Shown here: piece by piece, positions 52,722 through 64,000 of the stretch
Numbering within the stretch: position 1 is the first letter of the stretch
Layout of the letters: every line of letters begins with the position of its first letter
Assembly (NCBI RefSeq): GCF_009914755.1
Contig: NC_060934.1
Reading direction: 5' to 3' (one strand)
Length of the DNA: 64,000 nt
From: the human T2T-CHM13v2.0 reference genome, Homo sapiens
Position numbers and translations under genes: made by a program
Notes under the pieces: generated by a model
The model's input: the letters and a program-made list of their open reading frames with translations, nothing else
Database searches by the model: none
Told to the model about the DNA's origin: nothing

Positions 52722-53185
52722 TGAATTGGTTCACTGTGGCTGCCACAAAAGATTACTATGAACCTGGTGGGTTAAAACAAAAGAGATTGATTCTGTTATG
52801 GTTCTGGAGGCCACAAGTCCAAAATTGAGGTGTCAGCAGAGCCATGCTCCCTCTGGAGGCTCTAGGGGAGAAGGTTTCCCTGCCCCTTCCAGCTTCTGGG
52901 GGCTCCAGGTGTCCCTGGGCTTGTGGCCACATTGCTCCAGGCTCTGCCTCCATCTTCACATGGCTCTCTCCTCCTCTCTGTGTCTTTTCCACTTCTGCCT
53001 CTTATAAGGATACTTATATTTTATTTAGGACTCACTTGGTTAACCAAATGATCTCATCTTCAGAATAGTCATATAATTTCATCTGCAAAGACACTTTTAT
53101 TTTCAAATAAGGTCACTTCGCAGTGTAACGGGGGTTAAGATGTGAATATATCTTTGGGGAGGGGGACACCATTTCACCTGCTACA
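52722..53185 (-). mobile_element. MLT1C MaLR LTR
   Basis: ttctggaggccacaagtccaaaattgaggtgtcagcagagccatgctccctctggaggctctaggggagaa...ctaca. Confidence 0.9.
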
Positions 53186-53263
53186 TCTAGTTTACAAATA
53201 ATGGTAAAATAAAGAGCCACAGGGCCAAATCAGAATGTTCTGGAAACTTAGACACTTTCGGTG

Positions 53264-53401
53264 TAGGGTAGCCAATAGTTCCACTTTGCCCAAGACTGTC
53301 CTGGTTGTAGCACTGAAATTTCTAAACCTTAGGAAATTTCTCATTTCTAAATCTTAGGGAATTTCTCATTTCTTGGCAAAATTGGGCAATTGGTCATCCT
53401 A
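53264..53401. mobile_element. MER81 (hAT-Blackjack) with an internal duplication of about 26 bp
   Basis: TIRs tagggtagccaa / ttggtcatccta. Internal gactgtcctggttgtagcactgaaa. Confidence 0.75.
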
Positions 53402-54402
53402 CCTCCCAGTGTTCCACCCTGATCACCTTTCCCTCTGTCTCTCTCTCCAACTCTCTACCTGCCAAAGACTGCCCTCAAAGTCAACTGAATCCCTTGCCTT
53501 TCCTTATGGTTGCCCCACCTCTATGTGTGTCTCTAAACAATAGACTGCTTAGTTTCTCTTTTTGAAGTTACACACAGGTAACTGCACAGTCTGGAAGTTT
53601 GTTTGCTTCTTTTGCTTGATGTGGTGATTTTGAGATTCATCCATGTCTTGTGCATATGGCGAATCTATTTTCACTGCTGGAGAACATTCTCTCGTCTGAG
53701 TATACTGCACTTATTGTTGGTAGGTGGGCATTGGGTCTATTCTGCCTGTCTTAGCTGTGAACTGCACTGCTCCAGACATTCTCCTACTTATCTTCTGGTG
53801 CACTGGGCAGCAGCTTTTCAAGGGCCTATGCCTAGGTGCCTTTGCTTGCTGGGGCTTTGATAGGGACACATTTATTAGGTGATGTCAAACTTTCAGCAAA
53901 AAGGATGCAGCTGTTTGCCTTCCCCCAGTGTGGACAAGAGCCTGTTGATCCATGTCATCTTCACGCTGTGGCCGTCAAGTTTTCCTGCCTTCTCTAAAGG
54001 CATGCAATGCTTCAGGATCACAGTAAGTCTTGATATCTGTTCAAGGAATTACCCTGCCCACCACAGATCACCATGGTATCCTTTTGCAGAAGTGTGTTGG
54101 CTATTCTTGGCCATTTATTTCTCCATGTATGATTTACGATAATCTTTTCAAGTTCCATATGGAAAACGAGTCTCCTGGGATTTGGGTTAAATTTGCATTG
54201 GATGGCAGATCAAGGTGAGGAGAAACGAGCTCTGTGTAACCTTGAGGTTTTCTGTCTAGTACCCTGTTTTTATCTCTCCTCTGGGTCTTCTTTAGCTCTT
54301 TTAAATAAAGTTTTGTTAACTTTCTCTGAGAGAGACTTGTGGATATTTGGTTATGTTTATTTCTGGATACTTCGTATTTATATCGCTGTCACAAGTAACA
54401 TC

Positions 54403-54746
54403 GTGATGGTCCTAAATTATATCAACAGATTATTCTGTACTTCTTCTTTCCAGAGGTGCAGCTTAACTCCCCATCCCTTGGAAGTGAACTGGATTTATCT
54501 GTTTGCTTCTGATGAAAAGATTAAAGCTGAACCGACAGTGTGTGAATCCAGAGACAAGCTTGTAAAGTGCACCATGGCTTGGTGCTCTCTCTCTTTTCTC
54601 CCCCTTCCCTCCTTCTCCCCTTCCTCCTCTTCCTCTTCTCTTTCTCTCTCTGATTACTTATTTTGGGGGAAGCCAGATTGTAAGAACATTCATTTGTTCT
54701 TCGAGTTGTAAGAACATTTAGAGAATTTTGAGGAGAGGCCCATGTG
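54403..54746 (+). mobile_element. MLT1F/G-type LTR, 5' part only
   Basis: ccagaggtgcagcttaactccccatcccttgg...ggggaagccag...ggagaggcccatgtg. Confidence 0.55.
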
Positions 54747-54994
54747 TTTTTGAATGTTTTTATACACTGTTGTATTTACTTTGGTAATATTCTGTAGGAT
54801 TTTGCATCTATGTTCACAAGTGAAATCAGCCTGCAATTTTCCTTTCAGGTCCTTGTCTGCTTTCCATATTGAGATTCTGCTAGCCCCATAATATGACTTA
54901 GATGATTTTTCTGGATCTGTCTTCTAGTTCACTAATTTTTCCTTCGTCTGCATTTAATCCACCAATTAATCCAATTATTGAGTTATTTTTAATT

Positions 54995-57900
54995 AACCTT
55001 TTTATTCTGAGATGATTGTAGGTTCATATGCGGTTGGAAAAAAAGAATACAGGGAAATCCTGTGTATGCTTTACCTAGTTTCCCCCAGTGGTAACATCTT
55101 GAAAGACCATAGCACAATGTCACAGCCAGGATATCGGCATTGATACAGTCATTTCCGTCCCACCCGATCCCTCAGGTTTCCCTTTTAGGCCCATGCCTAC
55201 TTCCATCCCCAACCTCATACCTGATCACTTTTGATCACTGGCAACCACTAATCTGTTCTCCAGCTCTATAATTTTGTCATTTGGAGAATTCTATAAATGA
55301 GATAGTATAATGCATGACCTTTTGAGATTGTCTTTCTTCCCGGAGCATAATTCTCTGGAGATTCATCCAGGTTCTTCCTTGTTATCAATAGTTTATTCCT
55401 TCTTATTGCTGAGTAGTATTCCACGGTATGGATGGATGCACCACAGCCTGCCTATCCATTCACCTGCTGAAGGACATCTGGGTTGTTTCCGTTTGGGGCT
55501 GTTACAAACAAAATTGCAGTAAACGTATGTGGATGTGTTTTTGTGTAAAGTTAAAATTTCAATGGAGTATTCTATACTTCTCCCTTTATTATACTTTTCT
55601 GGGATAAATGCCCAGGAATGCAATTCCTGGATCGGAAGATTTCTTTTTTTTTTGGGGGGGGGATTTTTTAAATTATAAATTCAATTTTCTAAACAGACAC
55701 AGAGCTATTCAAGTGATCTATTTCATATTGGGTGAGCTGTGGTAGTTTGTGTTTTTTGAGGAATTGGTCCATTTTGTCTAAGATTTCAAATTTATGTTGT
55801 AGAGTTTTCTTTATTATTTTTTGAAGTCTGCAAGGTCTTCTGTGATATTCCTGATATTGGTAATTTGTGTCTTCTCTCATTTCTCTTTGTCAGTCTTTTA
55901 GAAATTGTGTCAATTGTATTGATCTCTTCAAAGAACAAACTCTTTGCTTCATTAATTTTCTCTATTATTTTTCTGTTTTCAATTTCATTAATTTCTGCTC
56001 TTACCTTTATTGTTACCTTTCTTCCTTCTGCTTGCTTTCATTTATTTTGCTCTTCTTTATCACAGGGCTTGAGATGTAGGCTTAGGTTACTGATTTGAGA
56101 CTTTTCATCTTTTCTAATGTAAGCATCTAATACTGTGAATTTCCCTCTCTGCATGGCATTAGCTGTGTCCTGCAAATTTTGGTATGTTGTATTTTCATTT
56201 TTATTCAGTTCAGCATAAATGTTTATTTTGTTTGAGAATGTTCTTTTGAACCATGAATTATTTAGAAGGGTGTCATTTCATTTCCAAGTGTTTCTATATC
56301 TTTGTGCTATTTTTCTGCTATTGATTTCTAATTTGATTCCATTGTGGCTGAAGAACACAGTCTTTTAAATCGGTTGAGGTCTGTTTTATGGCCCACGATG
56401 TGTCCTATTATGATACACTTATATCCCATGGACACATAATAAAGGTGTGTATTCTGTTGGTCTGATGGTAACAGGCCATCAGAACGTATTAACATTAGTG
56501 TCACTAAAGTTGGTATACAACCATCCTGCTGTTAAGTCTGACTGGCTTAAAAAATGTGTTTTCTGCTGTTGTTTGGCAGAATGTTCTATAAATATTATGT
56601 ATGTTATATTGCTTGGTGGTATTTTAAACTTTTCTGTATTATTGCTGATTTTATGTTCAGTTTTTCTATCATTGTTGAGAGAGGGGTACTGAAATTGCCA
56701 ACTATAATGTTGATTTGTTTATTTCTCCTTTCAGTTCTATCAGTTTTTAACTTCACGGATTTTGCAGTTCTGCTGTTTGATGCATACACACTTAGGATTG
56801 CTACATCTTCTTGGTGATTTGTTTTATCATTACATAATATTCCTTTTTGTCTCCGGTAATTTTCTTTGCTCTGAAGTATTCTTTGTCTGAAATTAACATA
56901 GCCACTCCTTTCTTTTGATTGATACTTGTGTGAAATGTCTTTTCCTATCTGTTTACTTTTAGTCTGCTTATTTCTTTATATTTGAAGTAAGTTTCTTTTA
57001 GACAATATATAGTTGGAGCATGTTTTTAAATATATTTTGCCAATCTCTCTCTTCTAATTGGTGTATTTTGACCACTTACATTTAATGTAAATATTGAAAT
57101 GTTAGGATTTCAATGTCATTTTAATTTTTGTTTTCTATTTGTTCTTTTTGTTTATTTCTCTGTTTGCTATTTTTTTCTGTCTTCTTGTGGCTTCCATGAG
57201 AATATTTTAGAATTCTATTTTTGGTTTATCTATAGTATTTTTGGTTGTATCCCTTTGTATAGCTTTTTAAGTTGGTTTATCTAGGTATTATATAAGCTGT
57301 CACAGTCCACTGGTGTGGGCCATTTATCAGTTCGAGTAAAGTATAAGAAACCTCACCTCTCCTTTTATCCCTTTACCCTCGCTCATTTATAATATACTTT
57401 TCTTAAAATTTTCTCTACATGTATATTCAGAACCACATTAGGCAGAGTTATCATTTTTAGTTCAACCCTCAAACACAACTTACAAGACTCGAGAGGAAAA
57501 TAAAATATATTTGCCTATGCTTTTGCATGCTGAGTGCTTTCTTCCATCCTGATGTTCCAAGTCCCCTGATTCTCTTCTTTCCTGTTTAGAAAATTTCCTT
57601 CAGTCATTCTTTTCAATAGGTCTTCTGACAACAACATTCTCTTATTTCTGTTCTCCAAGAAGGTCTTATTTCCCCATCGTTCTGGAAAAATATTTTCACT
57701 GGATACAGAATTTTTGTTACTGAACAATGCGTGATGCTTCTTTTCTCCTCTTCATAGTTTCTGCTGTGAAATCCACTGTCATTCCAACAGTTTTTCCCTG
57801 GAGGTAAGGTGCCGTTTCTCTTCTCTGCTTTCAAGATATTTCCCTTCTCATTAGTTTTCGGAAGCTTGACTATAATGTGGCTTTGTATGGATTTCTTTGG

Positions 57901-59520
57901 ATTTATCTTTTAGGGTTTGCTTAGCACTGGAAGTTTTAGGTTTACGTCTTTTGCCAAATGTGGGAAGTTTTCATCGATTATGACTTCCAGTTCTGTTTCC
58001 ACCTGCCCTTGGTGGCACCGATGTTAGGACGTTTGCTACAGCCCCGCAGGTCCCTGAGGCTCTACTCACCTTTTTTAGTCTATTTTCTCTCTGTTGGTCA
58101 GATTGGGCAGTTTCTTTCGTTCTGCTAATTCTTTCCTTTGTCCCCTGCATTCTCTTGGTAAGCCCATCCTTTGGGCTTTTAACATTTTAACCACTATATA
58201 TTTTTTCAGTTCTAAAATGTTCACTTGGTTTTTATTTACATCTTCTATTTGTGAAGACTTTTGATTTATTATATGAGACTCTATTTCCAGCATATCTGAA
58301 ACATTTTTTGATGGTTGCTTTAGAAAGTATTTTGTCAGGTAATTCTAGCATCTCTATCACCTCAGTGTTAAACATGGATTGATTGTCTTCGCTTCATTGA
58401 CTTTGAGAGCTTCCTGGTTCTTGTTATCACAAACGATTTTAAAAAAATGGAATCCTGAACATTTTAGGTACTATGTTGTAAGACTCTGAATGTTATTTGA
58501 AAGAGGAGTCACAGCTGGCTTTCTCTGACGCCACTCTGGCAGGAAAAGGGGCTGCTGTCCTGTTATTGCCAGGTAAGGCTGGAACTCCAGGCTTCCTATT
58601 TGAGCTCCATTGGCTTCTAAGGGGCTGCACCTCATGACTGTGGGTTGGGATGGAAGTTCCAAATCCCCACTAGGCACCCACTGATGACTGCTTAGTTGGG
58701 GTGTGGAGTGTGGGAGTTCCTCATTACTTCTCCCCATGTGGCCCCAGAGGAGGAGGGCCAGCCTTGCTTCCACTGGATGCTGGTAAAATTCCTGACTTTC
58801 TACTAGGTGTCCTCTGACACCACCCTAGCAAGGAGAAGGAGAGGGCGGGGAAGGCCTTTCTCATTCCTGGATCCTTCAGGCTTGCCAAATCCCAAATAGC
58901 AAGGAGGGGAGGGTGCCTTTTTCCTGCTGGGTGGGGTGAAGGTTGAGGCTCCCCTTATGGGCTCCACTGATATCCTGAAGGGGTCCTTCTTCTGCCCCTG
59001 GATATAAATGTCCCAGACCCCTACAAGGCCTTCTCTGACACCATCTTGCAGTGGGGAGGTTGAGGCACCTCCATCAAACCACGTGAAAGTGGAAGTCCAG
59101 GCTCCCCACTTGGCCTTGGCTAGTATCAATGGCCGGGGGACGGGGTGGTGACACAGATTTTTTTCTGTGGTAGTCAGCTAGAGTAGAGCTCCTAAAAGTT
59201 TTCTGTCTTCCAGGCTGCCTCTGTCCTGATCCACTGCCTGCAGGGAGCAAACTTTGGTTGGGGTTTTCTTTGTCTGCACCTGTGAGTATTTCCAGATTGC
59301 TGGCTGCTTCCACCTGAAGTCTGAGATATGTGTAAGGTGAAAGCAAGCCCTGAGAACTCACTACTGTGTTGTTCTTCAGGTCCCAGGGTCCCTCATCCAT
59401 CTGTCTTTTCTGCACCCTTCAGAAACTCTGTGTATGTTTCCATGAACAACGTCCAGGGTCTTTAGTTACACTCGGCAGGTGGAATTATGCCTCCGTTCCA
59501 TCTTCCTGGACCTGGAGATC
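54995..59520 (-). mobile_element. L1MD/MC-type element with 5'UTR, ORF1, EN and 3' end; RT region absent
   Basis: ORF1p remnants (KNQVNILELK, KILYPVKIFFQNDGEIR), EN (YASNSRTAK...IIVGNFSTPLS), KFEILDKMDQFLKKHKLPQLTQYEIDHLNS, and C-terminal KQPRCPSAGEWIGRLWCIH plus 3'UTR. Confidence 0.85.
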
Positions 59521-60260
59521 ACTGAGCTTTTTATTTTAAACATCATATTTTTCATCTTTAGAAATTCTTTTTTAAAAATCATTTGTGCTCCTTGTTTACA
59601 GCTTTCTTCTATTTCTTTAAAATATCAATCATAATAAACGTTTGCATGTCTGCTTCTGTTGCTTTGCAATCACGCGATTTATTTTCTTACCTGGGAGACA
59701 GGTTGCTCTTTTCCCTCAACGCTACCCACGGACTTCTTTGAGAGGTGGGTTGAGATTTATTTCCTCCAGAGGCTGCACACTTACTTCTTCCTGTCGTCCG
59801 GAGCATTTCCACTAGGCACCGATGTAATTAAAATTTCCTGTTTGAAGTGTTTTGATCTATACTACAGTGAATTCAGACAGCAGACCTGGAAGAGAACTGG
59901 CTTGTGGTTTTCTGGGAAAGTTTTTCTCCTTCCCCCACGTGAGAATTGAGGCAAATACATTTCTTTGTTTTCTGTGTGCAAGGGTTATTGCTTGCTGTAT
60001 GTAAAGGTGGACACAGCCCTCTGAGTTCTATCTTAATATGGAAAACTCCCTTGGGATTCCCCAGTGGTCCTTGGGTTTTGTCTGCTGCCCCCACATGTGT
60101 CCGTGCAGCCACCAAAGGAGAAGCTCCAGGCTCCCGAGGCTCTGCAGAAACCCCAGGGCAAGACCAGCCTTGGTCTTACCTCCCCGGGCTCCTATTTACA
60201 TATTGTTTTTGTCTTCACAGAATACTGTATGCAGCCGGCACTAAAATGACAGGGTTCTCA

Positions 60261-60463
60261 TGCACCATTGTAAGTATTTCCCATGAGAGGGCCACTCAAG
60301 GAATCTGTTCTGCACCATTGTAAGTATTTTCCTTGAGAGGGCCACTCAAGGAATCTGTTCTGCTCCATTGTAAGTATTTTCCGTGAGAGGGCCACTCAAG
60401 GAATCTGTTCTGCTCCAATATAAGTATTTCCCATGAGAGGACCACTCAAGGAATCTGTTCTGC
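60261..60463. repeat. Minisatellite, 50-bp unit x4
   Basis: tgcaccattgtaagtatttcccatgagagggccactcaaggaatctgttc at 60261, 60311, 60361 and 60411. Confidence 0.97.
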
Positions 60464-62587
60464 CATCCTGCTGGTCACAGGAGGTGGGTAGGATTTACAC
60501 GTGGGGGCTGCCAGAGCTGGAGATCTCCTTGAGACTGTACTGAGATAAGGGTCTGCTGGGACTGGCAGGAGGAGGCTGGGAAGGCTGGAGATTTTTCACA
60601 GGAAAGGGGGCCTGATGAGATGATAATCATAAAACATCAGGAAGCTCTGGCAGGTGAGGGCCGGATGCAGTGAAGGGAAACGTGCACCTGGGAGTGTCAT
60701 CATGGTAGGGGGAGCAGGTGAGCTGCCGAAATTGGGGATGGAAGGAAGGAGCAGGTGCAGCACTTGGCAAACCCCCGCATACGTGCATAAGGCTGGTAGA
60801 GGAGTAGGGGCAGCTCTGGGAGTCTGACAGGGCCCGAGGTGGAGGGTGACATCCTACAGAATGGGGAAACCATGAGCTGCCAAAGAAGGCAGAGGGGAGA
60901 GGCAGCACTTGGGAATGGCGGGCAGTGAACATCGTGGATGCGCCCCTGGGTGTGAGGCAGCAGGTGGGATGATGCATCAGAGCTGGGAGAGGGCAGAGGG
61001 CTGGAGGTCTGGGTCCGAGAGTCATCTCAAGGACTCTCTGTCTCCGGGAAGGGCTGTGGCAGCTGACAGTATCCTCAGGCTTAGTTAAGCCTTAGGCTCT
61101 AAGTGGAGGTATTCCTCAGAGTTCGTGCACATGGAGTTCGCACACACGCTCCTCTCACCTCTGAGCAGGGGCAGGTGTGGGTCAGCAGAGGGAGAGGCCT
61201 GGGCAGCACACCTGCCCCACCTCTGTTTGGTGGGAGGGGTTGGCCCCCAGGTGTTTTATTTCTCCCTAGCCTCGTATTCAAGGCTTCCAGGTTAGGCCTG
61301 AAATTTGGCAAACCTGAGGGATGCAGGAATGTGAAAGCCCTTCCCCACCCTCTCCTGCTCCTCATCAGACCGTGGGGCCAGTGTTTCCTCTGGCTTTCCT
61401 GTCTCTTGCATGGGAAACCAGTCCCACTAAGCAAGCTGAAGCTCTTCTTCTCTTCCCCTTTGCAAGATGTTAGGAAACCGGAAATCAGGTGAGGTCGGGA
61501 ATGGGTTGAATCCCTCGGGACTTGCTCGGGTTGAAGGGGACTGGTCGTCCGTGGGGCAGGGTGTGTGGTCTTGCCCTCTCTGTGACTGTGGGGACATGGA
61601 GAGGACTTGCAGCAGGTGCTGATGAGCCCGTCCCCGGGGGCCATGCCTGGATGCCCCGGAGGCCTCTGTGGTGGTGAGATGGGGTCTTTCTTTCCTCAGC
61701 ACTCATGACATTGAGCCGGGGAGAGGGCTTTGTAAATGCCGGGCAGGTGCCCAGTGTCCACTGGTAGGAGGGGCAGACCCACATAGACGGTTTGTAAAGC
61801 ACTTCGGGCCCCACTGGGACCAAGTCCTCTTGCTGTGACTCCAGTTAACCCAGCTCTCCGCTGTGCACGTGTGTTTGTCCATCGGGCCGTGTGGGCGTCT
61901 GCTCCTGGCCTGGGCGTCTGCAGGGGAGTAGCCGACTGTGACTGCAGCGGCTGCCCACACCACAGTGACTACTCAGCAGACCCCGTTCCCAGACAACGCC
62001 CCCTCCACTTCACTTCCTTCCTGGAATGGTGGATGCTGGGGACACATTTCCACTCAAAATTTTGGCTAACATTTCACAATAACGGGTCATTTTCAAAGTC
62101 ACTGAGGAAATCAGTTCCCAGGTCTCTATGAAATGGTGGAAAAACTACTTGGATTCTGTGGCCAAAACAGCATTTTCTGTCAGAGAGGCGGCTGTTTGCT
62201 CCATTTTCCTGAAGCCTCAGATTCGAGCCTCCTCCATCATGTTCTAGGGTCCTGCCCTCGCAGTGGGAAGGGGAGACAAGCACAGAGAGAGGTTCTGTCT
62301 CTCCCGGCGTGTGCCTGTTGACAGGTGCTCAGAGACATTTATTCAGGCAGGAATGAGCGGACTCCTCATGTGAGTGCTGGGCCAGGGTTGGTTTCTCCAC
62401 GCTCTGTGTTCCCCATGCTCCCCTTTGTGTTCGGTCCCCTCTGTGACCCACAGCATGCTAAATGGGCTTGAAGAACCGAATCTTTGCAGGTCACTTTTAT
62501 TTCCTTATCTGTCAGTCACTGGGGGCAGATCACGTTCATGTCTGGAGGGGCAAATGCCTTTGACAGGAAGAAAAACAGTCATTCTAG

Positions 62588-63121
<534 letters not shown>

Positions 63122-63349
63122 TGAATTACTTTGCCTTGTTTTGGGAAAGAAGAGATTGAGGAGGGGACTAATACATGAGTAAAAGAAAAGAAATGATATT
63201 TGTAAGTGAGCCGACTTTATCCATGGTGCTGTGAGTGAGGGCAGCTGCTGTGTGTCCCTGAGCGTGATTCCTTCCAGCCAGAGACGGACGAACAGCAGCC
63301 TCCACAGAGCAGAGGCAGACGCAGACCCAGCCGGAAAATATCAGTGTGG

Positions 63350-63699
63350 TTTCTCAGTTCACTTGGGCTGCTGTAACGAAGTCCTGCTGACTGGGTGGTT
63401 TCAGCATCAGAGATGTATTTCTCACAGTTCTGGAGGCAGGAGGTCTGTGGTCAGGCTGCCAGCATGGCTGGGTTCTGGGGAGGGCTCTTCTGGGTTGCAG
63501 GCGGCCACCTTCTTGCTGCATCCCCACAGGCGGGGAGAGAGCTCCCTGGGGCTCCTTTTATAAGGCGCTGTCCCATCCCTGAGGCCCCACCCTCATGACC
63601 TAATCACCTCCCAAAGACCCCACCATGTAACCCCATCACCTTAGGGGTTAGGTTTCAACATATGAATCTGGTGGGGACACAGACATTCAGCCCCTTGCA
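63350..63699 (-). mobile_element. MLT1A-type MaLR LTR
   Basis: tatttctcacagttctggaggc...ctcatgacctaatcacctcccaaagacccc...ttaggtttcaacatatgaat. Confidence 0.9.
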
Positions 63700-63714
63700 C
63701 CTGCTCCTGGGGCC

Positions 63715-63845
63715 GTGAAGTACTGTGGGAAGAGGGCAGCTTTGGGCCAGCATTCACATCTCGGCTTGTGTGCTGCTCAGCCATGTGACCCGGGGCTGGG
63801 CAGCCTGTCTGAGTCCTGGCCTCCTCGTCTGTCAACACTGGATGT
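63715..63845 (+). mobile_element. MIR
   Basis: agccatgtgacccggggc...gcctcctcgtctgtcaacactgg. Confidence 0.5.
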
Positions 63846-64000
63846 GTGGTGCTCCCTGGCAGAGCTGTTGTTGGGACTGGAGAAGGGATGTGCGGAAATG
63901 GACTTAGTATGACGTTGGGATCCTACTGTGGACTTAACTTTGTGGGCACAGGTGGAGTTAGGGCAGAAGCCGCACTGATTCCCTGAAGTATAATGTGAGA

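Larger units (their letters stand above)
52660..60480 (-). mobile_element. Ancient L1ME-type host element fragmented by later insertions
   Basis: Pieces at about 52660-52721, 53186-53263, 53402-54400, 54747-54990 and 59521-60480 appear to follow L1 order (3'UTR, ORF2, ORF1, 5' end) in antisense. Confidence 0.55.

Noticed and set aside
60261-60463. CRISPR-like palindromic repeats (also considered for the 70-bp and 42-bp arrays)
   Set aside because: Units are head-to-tail with no unique spacers, there are no cas genes, and the context is primate DNA.

Overview
This is primate (human-like) non-coding genomic DNA. I find no prokaryotic features, CRISPR array, rRNA/tRNA or recognisable protein-coding exon. 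The long ORFs are artefacts of minisatellites, Alu, L1 and LTRs. The window holds 7 Alus, L1 fragments of many ages (including a 93-bp young L1PA with a perfect 12-bp TSD), L2/MIR and MER5/MER81 DNA-transposon relics, and about 11 solo LTRs (MLT1 family, LTR18, LTR33, and an LTR7C nested in a PABL_A-type LTR). It also has six minisatellites (units of 26, 70, 23, 13, 42 and 50 bp). Most LTR and L1 sequence lies on the minus strand, and several small exon-like segments with good splice sites lie on the plus strand. This suggests the window is inside a long plus-strand transcription unit (lncRNA or large intron/5'UTR) that I cannot name. I see no solid evidence for a new biological system. The best leads are minisatellites that multiply regulatory motifs: a 42-bp VNTR with 12 RBFOX UGCAUG sites upstream of a 54-nt candidate exon, a 23-bp repeat of NF-Y CCAAT boxes, and arrays of KLF, NKX2 and PRDM9-like motifs. 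Subfamily names come from recalled consensus sequences and need RepeatMasker/Dfam confirmation. Boundaries of old elements are approximate.
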